From NCBI GenBank assembly GCA_965198005.1, contig CBDAOI010000004.1, positions 160,001 to 224,000 on the forward strand: 64,000 nucleotides of DNA, in the 5' to 3' direction. Positions 20,119-31,308 of the stretch are shown here, in pieces. Position numbers and translations under genes: made by a program. Every line of letters starts with the position of its first letter. Positions within the stretch are counted from its first letter, which is position 1. The notes below the pieces were generated by a model. The model was not told the origin of the DNA. It was given only the letters and a program-made list of their open reading frames with translations, and made no database searches. This stretch comes from Spirochaetia bacterium. GTDB taxonomy: Bacteria; Spirochaetota; Spirochaetia; SZUA-6; Bin103.

Positions 20119-21021
20119 ATGAGTAAGGATCGAGGGCCTATTCGGCGGGCTGATTCCTTCGTAAGGCTGGTCAAGGGGAAACCGTTAGGCACCATCAGCG
20201 CGTTGATCATATTGATATTGATTCTCGTGGCCATTCTTGCCGATGTCTTGGCACCCTATCCATATGACGAAATACACCTGATCGACAGGCTTCAGGGCCC
20301 ATCGGCGCAGTATCTCCTGGGCACCGATCAGGCGGGGCGAGACCTCTTGAGCCGCCTCATCTTCGGGGCGCGCGTTTCGCTGCTCGTCGGTTTGGCAGTG
20401 ACCACTCTCAGCGTTGTCATCAGCACCGTGATAGGCGGCACGGCCGGTTTCCTGGGTGGCAGATTTGATATTGTACTGCAGAGATTTGTCGATGCGTGGA
20501 TGGCGTTCCCGGGACTGCTCCTGTTGTTGACGATGATGTCCATCGTGGGGCGGGGTGTGCCGCAGATAATAGTGGTCCTGGGGATAGCCGGAGGCATCGG
20601 CGGCAGTCGAGTGATCAGAGGCGCCGTAATCGGCATCAAAGAGAATGTGTATTTTCAGGCGGCCGACGCCGTTGGCTCCTCGAGATTGCGCACATTCATG
20701 CGACATGTGGTGCCGAATGTCCTGCCTATCGTGATCATAACGTTCAGCGTGAGCATAGGCGGCGTAATCCTGGCTTTGGCTTCTCTGGGCTTCCTCGGAT
20801 TTGGTCTGCCTCCTGGGATTCCTGATTGGGGAGGTCAGCTCAGCCGGGACGGACGCCAGTATATGGAGATAGCGCCGCGGCTGGCGTTCTGGCCCGGTCT
20901 GTGCCTGACTATCACCGTTTTCAGTCTCAACATGTTCGGCGACGCCGTGCGGGACCTGCTCGACCCGCGGCTGAGGGGCGGTGGGGGTCGTCTCGCTGGC
21001 AGCGGCGCCACGTCGGTTTGA
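20119..21021 (+). CDS. ABC permease, OppC/DppC-like
   Basis: LLGTDQAGRDLLSR, RHVVPN, GDAVRDLLDPR. Confidence 0.92.
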   Translation: MSKDRGPIRRADSFVRLVKGKPLGTISALIILILILVAILADVLAPYPYDEIHLIDRLQGPSAQYLLGTDQAGRDLLSRLIFGARVSLLVGLAVTTLSVVISTVIGGTAGFLGGRFDIVLQRFVDAWMAFPGLLLLLTMMSIVGRGVPQIIVVLGIAGGIGGSRVIRGAVIGIKENVYFQAADAVGSSRLRTFMRHVVPNVLPIVIITFSVSIGGVILALASLGFLGFGLPPGIPDWGGQLSRDGRQYMEIAPRLAFWPGLCLTITVFSLNMFGDAVRDLLDPRLRGGGGRLAGSGATSV

Positions 21022-21109
21022 GAGAGTGCGCGTGCGCTCCGCCCCCGCGGTGTCACGGCGGATGAACGGTGACTTGGCTATTCCGGAGGCGCGCCCGGAA
21101 CGCGGCCGA

Positions 21110-21452
21110 CCGCGACGTCCTGAGCCGCCTGCTGTACGGGGCGCGGGTGTCGCTCGGCGTGGGTTTATCGCCACCACCTTGAGCATCGTGGTGTCGTCGA
21201 CGCCTGGATGTCGTTCCCGGGGTTCGTGGGCGGCAAGCTCGACCTGGCGGTGCAGCGCTCGATGATCTGCGGCACGCCCTGGCCGATGATGGTAACTCGC
21301 GCGTGGCACGCGGCGCGGTGATCGGCATCAAGGGCAACCCCTACTTCGAGGCGGCGCACGCCATTGGCAGCCCCTCGTGGCGGACGCTGCTGCGCCACGA
21401 GGGGCCCAACATCACGGCGCCGATCATCATCATCTACTCGATCACGATCGGT
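21110..21452 (+). pseudogene. Scrambled OppC-like fragment
   Basis: Five pieces homologous to 39080-39503, reordered, one inverted. Confidence 0.8.
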
Positions 21453-21846
21453 GGGGTGGCTGATCCCGGTGGTGACGCAGCCGGTCGCGTGCCAGACGTG
21501 CCCGCGGGCGGGATGGAAACTTTGTTGTCGGACGTGATCGGAATCCGTAGACTGCGTCTGATGGCGAGCGATCTCAACGGCGAGTTGCGCGGGTTCGTCG
21601 AACGGTGGCGTATTGCCGGTGCCCCGGTGGCGCCCGGCCCGGTGACCTAGCGGTGACCTCCGCGTCGTCCGCGTCGTTGACAATTTCAGCCCGCGTGCGA
21701 CGGTGCAGAAGCGCCACGACGACCGCGTTCGTTGACGATGTGGAACAGGACGTTGGCGGGATCCGGTCCGTAGGATAGATAGCCGACTTTGGGTCAGGTA
21801 CGCAGTGTGCTTGTCATACGTACGTAACAGAGGTACCCTCGTTGCC

Positions 21847-22089
21847 ATGGACTCTATCAGCGCAACCAAACTCCGGCAGAACCTCTACAACATTCTCGAC
21901 TCGGTGGTAGACACGGGCGTCCCGGTGGAGATCGAACGCAACGGCCGGCTGCTCCGAATCGTCGCCGAGGAGCGGGGAACGAAGTGGGATCGGCTGACCG
22001 CGCATCAGGTCGTGGTCGGTGATCCCGACGACCTTGTGCATATCGACTGGTCCAGCGAGTGGCACGGCGACCGCGACAATGTACGTTGA
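21847..22089 (+). CDS. Phd/YefM-type antitoxin
   Basis: MDSISATKLRQNLYNILDSV..PVEIERNG; palindrome tacgtacgta upstream. Confidence 0.85.
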   Translation: MDSISATKLRQNLYNILDSVVDTGVPVEIERNGRLLRIVAEERGTKWDRLTAHQVVVGDPDDLVHIDWSSEWHGDRDNVR

Positions 22090-22450
22090 TACTCATGTGG
22101 TCGTCTGGCTCTACGAGAAAGACGAGGAACGCGTGTCGCCGCTGGCGCGGGAGCTGATCGAGAGCCACGATCTTCTGGTGTCGCCGATGGTGCTGCTGGA
22201 ATTGGAGTACCTCTTCGAGATCGGCAAGACCACGACCAAGGCGGCCGAGGTCTTTGATTACCTGCGCGAGACGATCCAGATCGAGGTGTGCAGTAAGCCC
22301 TTCGCGGCGGTGGTAAAGAAGTCGATCGGCATGAAGTGGACCCGCGACCCATTCGACAGACTCATCACCGCGCATGCGGCTATTGACGAGTCACCACTGC
22401 TGACGAAAGACGACACGATCCACACCTACTATCCCGACGCTGTCTGGTAG
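22079..22450 (+). CDS. vapC: PIN-domain toxin
   Basis: YVDTHVVVW..LELEYL..RDPFDRLI..LLTKD. Confidence 0.88.
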   Translation: MYVDTHVVVWLYEKDEERVSPLARELIESHDLLVSPMVLLELEYLFEIGKTTTKAAEVFDYLRETIQIEVCSKPFAAVVKKSIGMKWTRDPFDRLITAHAAIDESPLLTKDDTIHTYYPDAVW

Positions 22451-23282
22451 GTCTGGTAGGCAGCGGCTGCGCGGCGTGGCGGGAACCCACAGCCGATCAA
22501 CAACCCACGGCGCCGCAAAGCGCCCGACATGCGTCCGCCAAGCGAGGCGCGTCGACCTGCGCGACCCGGCGACGGAGCGCCTCCCGCCGGACCACCTACA
22601 CCAGTCTGTTGTACGAGTTGTACGAGAAGCTTATCGACGATAGCGTGCTGCGCATGGCAAGCTGCCGCCGCTGCCGATCGTCATCTGCAACGGGGGCAAG
22701 CGCTGGACGGCGGCCGAGGACGTGGCGGCGATGATCGCTAGCGGCGGCGAGCGCTGGCGCCGCATCAGCCGTCGCTGCGCTATCCGGCAGCCCCGGCAGC
22801 CCCGGGCCGGCAGCCGAGAGCGCTTGCCACATCTCTCGCGCTGGTCTATGCTCGCACGTGTATGGGTGGACCTTATGAGCCAGTCCAGCGGCCGGCTAGC
22901 GCTGGCGCGGCGAGTTAGCCGACAGCCGGCCGGAGACGGCCGGAGTCCTCGTATTCAGGGACCGCATTCGGACGTTAGCGCCAGCGGTGCGTCCTACCCC
23001 CCCCCTGGCGCGTGACCGAGTATCCAAGCACCCGGTAACACCTGAGCGCTCGTCGAGCCGCATCTATCACCCGTTCGCCATCAGCGCCGCTGACGACTTG
23101 GCGGCGCCCTTCGACATCCACACCCATCGCACCACGCTCGCGCAAGGCGGCGTTCGCGTCGCCGTCCGCTCCCAGCCGTCGGCTGCCCATCAGCACTATC
23201 TGAAACAGCCGGAATATCCGGCCCAAGAAAAACACGGGTACCGGGACCCAGTCCCGATCCCGAAAACGAGGAGGAGTACGTT

Positions 23283-24818
23283 ATGACTCCACGACTCATG
23301 TTGCTGCCGCTGGCGCTCGCGCTGGTGGCTACCGTTACGTTCGCCAGCGGCGAGAGCGACCAGCCGGCTGCCGCGGCCGAGAAGGAAATGGTGCGCGACC
23401 CGAGCACCGGCGAGATGGTCACCGTGCCCGAGTATGGCGGCACGATCAGAGCGATCGTGAACTTGAAGCTCGAGGGTCTCGACCCCTACTGGGCATTTAA
23501 TACGGGATACTTTATCGGGCTGGTCAACGAGAAGCTGGGCATCCCGGACTGGGCGATCGACCGGAGCAAGGTGGGCTATTCCACGATGTACATGCCCGGC
23601 GAGGCCCTCACCGGACAACTGGCCGAGAGCTGGGAGAACCCGGATCCGCTCACCTACGTGTTCAAGATCCGCGACGGCGTGGTTTGGCACGACAAGGCGC
23701 CGGTGAACGGCCGGCAGCTGACCGCGCACGATGTCGCCTACAGCTTCGACCGGCTCCTTGGTTTGAGCGGCGGCGAGAGGCGCCCCCACGTCAATACCAC
23801 TGCTATTGGCAGGCTCTCGTGGGAGTCGATTACCGCAACCGACGAATTCACCGTGGAATTCAAGTTGCAGGAGCCCAGTCTCGACGCCCTGGACGCCATC
23901 CTCAAGGGACCACACATGATGGTGATCGCCCGCGAGGTGGTCGAGCAATTTGGAGACATTCAAGACTGGCGCAACGTGACCGGAACGGGGCCCTATCAGC
24001 TGACCGATGTGGTTCAGGGCAGCTCCTGGACCTACACCAAGAATGGGGATTACTGGGGCACCGACCCGAAATTTCCCGAATACCGCTTGCCTTATGCGGA
24101 CACGGTGGAGTACGTGATGGTCAACGACCCCGCGGCCACACTGTCCTTGATGCGCTCGGGGCAGGCGGATTTTATGGGCGTCGCTTTGTTTTCACATCTC
24201 ACCAGTGTCGACCAGGCGGTCAATCTGCAGAAGACCAACCCCGACCTGGAGCTACACCCGTGGTCCTTTCGCGCGGAAACGGCGATCGGTTTCATCCCCA
24301 AGGGGCCCTTCAGCGATATCCGCGTGCGCCAGGCCCTGAGCTTGGCCATCGACCAGGAGGCCATCGCGGAGAACTACATGCAGGGTTGGGGCGATGCGAG
24401 CCCTTCCGGGCCGATCGGCCCAGCGGTGCTGGGGTACTTCATGCCGTACGAGGAGTGGCCCGATGGGGTCAAGCAGTACTATCGGTATGATCCCGAGGCG
24501 GCCGAAAAGCTGCTGGATGAGGCCGGCTACCCGCGGGGCGCGGACGGCGTTCGCTTTAAGACCATCTATGAGCACTACGAGTTCTTCGACCTCGGCTACT
24601 ACCAGATCGCCATGGATTACCTCAGGCAGATCGGCATCGACGTCGAGACCCAAATCGTTACTCGCGCGGAATATATCGACAAGGCCGTGAATCATACCTC
24701 CCTTGGCCTGCGCTCGGATGTATGGGCCATGGAGAACGGTGCCGTGGCGCCGCTTGACACATATTCTTTCAGTATCTCTGGATCGACCAGGATCTGAAGC
24801 GGGAGCTTGGCGGCTGAG
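23283..24818 (+). pseudogene. ABC substrate-binding protein (B1), C-terminal deletion and frameshift
   Basis: 504-aa ORF; the family terminus WIDQDLKRELG lies out of frame at 24779-24818. Confidence 0.8.
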
Positions 24819-24852
24819 CCAACGGCGCTTCGCGCGGCTGCTCTGAATCGAC

Positions 24853-24880
24853 GCGGGGCCCGCCTCCGGGCGGGCTCCGT
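24853..24880 (+). other. Conserved stem-loop after SBP genes
   Basis: gcccgcctccgggcgggc; similar at ~36022, ~37514 and ~46295. Confidence 0.6.
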
Positions 24881-25000
24881 TAGCAACAGCGAAGCTGTCG
24901 CGCCTTCGGGCGAGCGAGAGCTGCAGGCGGTTGCCCTCCAGCTCTCTCATTCTGACTTGGAGCAACATCGAGACATGACCTTTCCGCCATTTCCGCCGAC

Positions 25001-25982
25001 ATGAGAGCGTACGTCATCCGGCGCGTCCTGCTGCTGATCCCGACCGTCTTCTTGCTGACGATTCTGGTGTTCCTCTCGGTGCGGTTCATACCGGGCGATG
25101 CCGTCGACCTCCTCATCTTTAGGATGACGAGAGCATCGGGCGGTATGGGCACCTTCGACCGGGCGGAGCTCGAGCGCCGGCTGGGGCTGGATGTGCCGGT
25201 CCACGTGCAGTACGGCCGCTGGATGGGCGGCATCCTGCTGCACGGCAACCTGGGCACGCCGCTGCTGCGGCCCGAGCCGGTCGGCCAGCTGATCGCCGGC
25301 AGGCTGCCGACCACCATGGAGCTGGGCCTGGTGGCGCTGTTCGTGGGGGTGCTGATCGGGGTGCCGATCGGCATCTACTCGGCGGTGCGGCAGGACACCC
25401 TGGGCGACTACGTGGGTCGTTCCTTCGCCATCCTCGGGCTGGCCACCCCCAACTTCTGGCTCGCCACCATCATCCTGGTCGTTCCGGCGATCTGGTGGGG
25501 TTGGTCGCCGCCGCTACGCTTGGTGCGCCTGAGCGACGACCCGGTACGCCACTTCGCCATCTTCATCGTGCCGGGTCTGATCCTCGGCACCTATCTGGCG
25601 GCCAGTATCATGCGCATGACCCGCACCATGATGCTGGAGGTGCTCCGGCAGGACTACATTCGCACTGCCTGGGCCAAGGGCCTGCGCGAGCGCGTGGTCA
25701 TTCTCCGCCACGTCATCCGGACGTGCCGAGCTGGGGCACGATGCTGAGCCGCGAGGGGCGGCAGTACATGGAGATGGCGCCGCGGCTGGCGATGTGTGGC
25801 CGGGTGTCGCCCTGACCATCGTCGTCTACTGCCTGAACATGGTGGGCGACGCGCTGCGCGACCTGCTGGACCCGCGGCTGCGCGGCGGCGGCGGGGTGGC
25901 CGGCGGGGTAGGCGCCCGCGCCGCCGAGCGCGCCACGAAGGCCCTGCAGAAGCTGGAACGCAAAGAACGGCCGTCCAACTAG
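25001..25982 (+). pseudogene. OppB-like 5' part fused by deletion to an OppC-like 3' end
   Basis: ..LRHVI jumps to PDVPSWGTMLSREG..GDALRDLLDPR; frameshifts. Confidence 0.85.
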
Positions 25983-26040
25983 GCACGACATTCCGTTCGT
26001 GTGGATTTTGCTTGACGCAATGCGAGGTCTGTGGCCAGAT

Positions 26041-26379
26041 TTAGAGCGCGAGCACGAGCCGGAGCCCGGCCTCTACTTCGGCCAGGTTTCGTGGCGCGAG
26101 AGTTCCCGCCTGTTCCACCAGTCGTGCGCGATCGATGCAGGTCAATTGGGACACGACGACCACTGAGTCTCTGGGCAACAGCGTCTCGGCCGCGTCCAGG
26201 TACGCGTTGCCGGGTGCGTCAGCCAGCCTTGGATTGGTGGTGAACGGCACGCACAGCACGGAACCGATGCGGCTGCGATTGAAACTGTCGGCCTGAACGA
26301 TCAGGAGCGGACGCCGAAAGCCCGGTTCACTGCCGAAAGGGACGCCGAGCTCCGCCCACCAGATCTCACCACGAGTCAT
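26041..26379 (-). CDS. mazF: PemK/MazF toxin
   Basis: RGEIWWAEL..GSEPGFRRPLLIVQ..SQLTCIDR. Confidence 0.9.
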   Translation of the reverse strand: MTRGEIWWAELGVPFGSEPGFRRPLLIVQADSFNRSRIGSVLCVPFTTNPRLADAPGNAYLDAAETLLPRDSVVVVSQLTCIDRARLVEQAGTLAPRNLAEVEAGLRLVLAL

Positions 26380-26614
26380 CGCGGGTCAGGTTTCGGAGAC
26401 TCTCCAGCCCCGCGTCCATGGCGTGCTGCGATTGCCGGGCTGGTAGATCGCCGTACACGGCGTTGAGGCGTTCGGTCACTGCCTGCTGGCGGTGGTTGAC
26501 GAGGAACTGCTCGAGCGCGATGGCGAACAGCCGACTGCGCGGAATCCCCAATTCACCGGCTACCTCATCTGCCTTTCTGAACAGGTGTTCCGGCAGCGAT
26601 ACGGCCGTCTTCAT
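26366..26614 (-). CDS. RHH antitoxin (MazE/ChpI-like)
   Basis: MKTAVSLPEHLF..SRLFAIALE. Confidence 0.85.
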   Translation of the reverse strand: MKTAVSLPEHLFRKADEVAGELGIPRSRLFAIALEQFLVNHRQQAVTERLNAVYGDLPARQSQHAMDAGLESLRNLTRDDSW

Positions 26615-26870
26615 GGGGGCGAGTATAACCAAGGTATGACTCCTGGTCAACAGGCAGGCAGCGGCCGGGGGAGCGGCGGGGCAGGTGCGCGCAGTCGGGC
26701 GGTCCCTACGGAGAGGTGAGCGCGTGGCCACGACAGCCACCCCACGTGCAGCGAAGCGTCAGGTCGTCTGCCGCCACCGGTGCTGATCGTAGCGACGATA
26801 GAGCTCCGCCAGGGTCTCCGTCGCCAGGGACACCTACTACCGCCACCCGCCCGCCCGCGTAGCTGGCCTC

Positions 26871-27302
26871 GTGGTGGAGAAGCTCGGCATCGGTGACTGG
26901 GGCGTCGATCGCGACAGATTCGACTTCCGCACCACCTATCTGCCCGACGACATCATCGTCGGCCGCCTGGCCGAGCGCTGGGAGCAACCCGACCCGACCA
27001 CTATCGTGTTTCACACTGGTCGCCGAGGGCTACAATTACCGGTCCGAGACCTCGCCCGTCATCAACATGAGCAGGCCGCCGTTCGACGACGTCCGTGTAC
27101 GCCACGCCCTGCAGATGGCAATCGATGTCGAGGGCGCGGGTGGCACCTATTTCAAGGGCTATGCAGTCACTCAGCCGCAGGGCTGGATGGGCCGTGGGTG
27201 AAGGGCTACAACGGCGAGGCCGACCCCGGCGACATGGACCGAATGGTGATCTACTCGCGCATCTGGATCGATCAGGATCTGAAGCGCGAGATGGGATACT
27301 GA
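26871..27302 (+). pseudogene. SBP remnant made of three non-contiguous pieces
   Basis: VEKLGIGDW..TTIVF / RSET..PPFDDVRVR / PWVKGYNGE..WIDQDLKREMGY*. Confidence 0.8.
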
Positions 27303-27406
27303 GCAGCGCTTCGCCTTTGGCGTTCCCGTGCAGCAGCGGTCAGGGCGGCTGCCGAGCAATGCTGATGTGGGGTGGCGGGTGATCCCGTCATCCCATTTTT
27401 CTTGAG

Positions 27407-28371
27407 ATGAGAGCGTATTTGATTCGGCGTCTGCTGCTGACCATTCCGACGCTCACCATCCTGTCGATGCTGGTCTTCCTGTCGGTCCGTTTCATACCCG
27501 GCGACATCGTCGACGTACTGATGCAGGAGATGATGCTCAGCGGTGCCATCCAGGACGTGGATCGCGAGGCGGTCGAGCGCAGGCTGGGGCTCGATCAGCC
27601 CATCCACGTCCAGTATGGGCGCTGGGTGGGCGACATCCTGCTGCGCGGCAGTCTGGGGCGATCCCTGCTGCACAACTGGGAAGTGGGCGAGCGGATTCTC
27701 GGACGCATGCCGGTGACCTTCGAACTGGGGTTGCTCGCCATCGTCATCGGCCTGGTTATCGCCATGCCGGTGGGCATCTTCTCCGCGATTCGGCAGGACC
27801 GCGTCGGCGACTACGTCGGACGTTCGGTCGCTATCATCGGCCTGGCGACGCCCAACTTCTGGCTGGGCGTGATGGTGATGATCTACCCGGCGATCTGGTG
27901 GGGCTGGACGCCGCCGCTCAAGCTGGTCCCCTTCTTCGAGGACCCGCTGCGGAATCTGGGGGGCTTCCTCATCCCCGCCCTCATTCTGGGCACGGCCGGC
28001 GCCGCGGCCATCATGCGCATGACCCGCACCATGATGCTGGAAGTGCTCAGGCAGGACTCTACATCCGCACCGCGTGGTCGAAGGGAGTACGCGAGCGCGT
28101 CGTGGTGGTGAGGCACGCCCTCAAGAACGCACTGATCCCCGTCGTTACGTTGGTTGGTCTGCAGCTGCCGATTCTCGTCGGTGGCGCGGTCATCATGGAG
28201 AACATCTTCAACCTGCCCGGGCTCGGCCGGCTGATGCTGCTCGCTCTGCAAGATCGTGATTACACGGTGGTGTCGGGAGTGAATCTGCTGTTCGGGACGG
28301 TGGTCCTGTTGAACAACCTGTTCATCGACATGGTCTACGGCTTGCTGGACCCGAGGATACGGTACCGGTAA
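27407..28371 (+). pseudogene. OppB-like permease, frameshifted
   Basis: Extra ct at ~28058 (caggactctacatc) splits QD/YIRTAW. Confidence 0.85.
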
Positions 28372-28386
28372 TGGCGGGACGGCGCA

Positions 28387-29166
28387 CCGGCTTGTCGATG
28401 TTGACCCGCCGTACCGGGGTCGCTCGGTACGCTCCTGTGTGTACTCGCCGGTGCAGGTCGTGCAAACGCACTTCCAACCCCGTCTCGTACTCCCGCCACG
28501 TCATCCCGTCCACCCCCGGGGCCGCTTCACGCTTCAGCGCGTAATAGGCCACCCGCAGCGCTTCCGGCGTCACGTGGTGCAGCAGCGCAGTGAGTTTCTC
28601 CTGCGGTTCTCTCTTTACGAATTGCCGTGTCCGCTCGGCCGCCTGTGTCACGGTTGCCCGACTCTGCGTCCGGCCCGTGCTTTGGCCTTGCGAATTCCCG
28701 TTGGTCATGGGCCTTCGCTCCACCGTCTCCGCAGTCGCTTGCGCTCCCTTGTTCGCCGGCTTCGCCGCTACTATGCCCATGTCCGACTCCTTCGGGTCGT
28801 TCATCTTCGGTCCAGCCTCACGCCTTCCCTCCGCGGTCCCGGCGACGACTCGCCGGGACGACCCGAAGACCTCCCAGGTCCCGGTATATGACGTACGTAC
28901 GTGCCTGAGTTCTTCGACGCCGTGGAGCCCGGTCGATCCTCACCATACTGGCTCGACCGGTGTTGCCTTCGACCGAGTACAGAATCTCGGCACTCCAGAT
29001 GTCGTATTTTGCGGCGCTCCATAACTCTGCCCGCACGCACCGCTGCCGACGCTTCGCCTGCACCCTCGCAGGTGCCAACGCACGGCTCGCGGAGAAACGT
29101 GGATTGGCTGCTCCTTCGTTCCAAGGGACTTTCACCCTCTGTCATATGCCAGTTAGCCTGGCGCTC
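28387..29166 (-). mobile_element. Group II intron copy 4, 5' 780 bp only, inverted
   Basis: Reverse complement of the intron from GAGCG to ..NIDKP; 5' flank ccctggggtac. Confidence 0.92.
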
Positions 29167-30749
29167 GTACCCCAGGGCTACCCCCGAGGGGCTGGAAGGC
29201 CCTCAGGGGGCCGCTATGAGGCCGCGAGCGGTCCGTTGCCGGCCAATCGGCGGTGAATGCCGGCCCTGAACGGGTCCGAGTGCCGAGATCGTCGCCGCGG
29301 CGGCGCTCGTGCTGCCGCTTCTGTCCGAGCAGCCTCGAACTCAACCGGCGAGCGGCTCGCGGTTGCACCTCCGGAGCGCCGCGACGGCCAAGCCGGAGGG
29401 TCACACCAGCCTGTACCAGGATATCGACGGGCTGCGCCGCGGTCGGCTGCTGGACCACCGCTGCACCATCGACGCGACCGGGGACCGGCATGAATACGAG
29501 TGGGTTACCGGGGTGCCGCTGAACAGCAAGCCCCGCAGTCCCCAGATCAACTTCGTGCACTACCGCATCGTACGGGCCGGCACGACCACCTATCAAAACG
29601 CCTGGGTGACCGACTTGGTGCCCACCGCTGGCAGCGTCGCGCGGATCGTGCGTGCGGGACGAGCACGCTGGAAGATCGAGAACGAGGGGTCGATACGCTG
29701 AAGAACCAGGGCTATCACCTGGAGCACAACTTCGGCCACGGTGACAAGTACTTGTCGGAGGCGTTCTTCGTGCCGGGCCTGCTGGCCTGTTTCATGCACC
29801 GGATATTCGAGCTGGTGGACGGTCTGTATCAGCAGGTGCGGGCTGGGTTCGGGTCGCGCCGGGAGTTCTGGGGCGCGATTCGCGCCACGTTCCGGCTATT
29901 CCTGTTCCGGTCGTGGGACCAGGTGCTGGTGCGGATGAATTCGCCGCCGCAGCCGCTGTCCGGGTAGCCGCTCCCTGGGGAACTGAACCTGCTCCCTGAA
30001 CGATCCCTGACTGGGGCTGCGGCGCAGGTGTGCCGGCCGCGCGCGGGCAACCGGCCCCGAAGGGCCGATCGCCGCACCGCGCCAGCCCGCGGCATCGGCC
30101 GAGCGGCGGTGGCTGACGGTGGTCAGGTCATCGCACGGGGCTGCATGACGGTGGCTAAATACGTCACCTGCAATCAGTTACAGAATTTCTCCCGGGTCGG
30201 GCCGTGGGTGCATTCACTCGGTGGGCCAACAGGTGGGCATGGTCGCGTTTCACACTCGGAGGGCTTGAGCTTATGACAGGGCTTGCGATCTCGCCCTCGA
30301 AACTTTTCTGTAACCTTTCGGCGCCCAATGTTGCCATATCTGTTTACGATGCACCTCTGCCCCCCGTTCTCCGAGAATCGCTGTCGCGCCGTGCGGGTGC
30401 TTGCCTCCCACGGGAAGAATGGGTATATTGAAGTCGTGTATTCACTCGGTGGGCCAACAGGTGGGCATGGTCGCGTTTCACACTCGGAGGGCTTGAGCTT
30501 ATGACCCTCTGCCCCTCTACCAGCGGTTCCCCGAGAATCGCTGCTGTTTGCCTGTTGACTTGTTTGCCGCAGGGGTGCCATACTAAAAGCCTCGGGTTTG
30601 AACGGATGCAGAAGATGGGTGATAACACTACTCAGCACTGCCACCGGTTAGCGGCAACGCAGCCGGCGCGTCCTATCCTCGCCTACCCCCCCCGACGGGA
30701 GCTCCAAGAATTCGTTTCGCGGGGGTTGAAAAATGGTGAGGAGTCCCCC
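29167..30749 (+). repeat. Second copy of the 1.6-kb module (array unit, transposase remnant, 66-bp repeats, promoters)
   Basis: Near-identical to 15186-16799 apart from the junction head. Confidence 0.92.
29375..29967 (+). pseudogene. DDE transposase (ISNCY-like) C-terminal half
   Basis: GRARWKIENEG / TLKNQGYHLEHNFGHG, frameshifted. Confidence 0.8.
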
Positions 30750-30764
30750 CCCCCCCCCCCCCCC
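30745..30764 (+). repeat. C20 homopolymer
   Basis: Direct count; the paralogous site is C5. Confidence 0.9.
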
Positions 30765-31308
30765 GCAGCTTTTTCGGACCGATAAGCAACTAACCGCTCC
30801 GGCTGCTCGCCCTTTACGCGACCCCGCGCGCGCCGTCGCCTTCACCACCGCAGTAGCTCGCACTGTCGGTCGCGCCGGCTCGGTCCCGCGCCGAACCGAC
30901 CTGCGGGCCGCCCGCGCCCTTCCCGGCGACCGCAACCGTCCCGGCTTCCCGCCCGCGACTCCCCCGGTCGGCGTCTGCATGATCGGGCGCCCACGCGCTG
31001 CACGCGCTGTGCGCTGCGCACCCCAGCTTACGACTATTTCCGGCCCGAGACAGGCGGCCTGCATCAGGCATCTGACAGGGCCGCCTGTGGCCCAAGATCG
31101 CAAGATCAAGCTAACCAGGAGGTGCACATGATACTCAAGGAACCTTAGGCGCGCGCGGCGTGAGCCGGGGCGAACCCGCTGAGTCACACGCCGCGCGCTT
31201 TTGGTGAATCCGACTCGAACTGGCAGCCTGTGTTGCGGGCCCGAGAGTAGCCAGGGAGCGGCAATCCGCTGCGCAATACTCTCGAAAAATCTACATACGG
31301 AGAAACGT

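Noticed and set aside
28372-28387. GTGCG on the minus strand at the truncation point of intron copy 4 (possible twintron)
   Set aside because: Only ~15 nt before oppB sequence begins; too short to distinguish from chance
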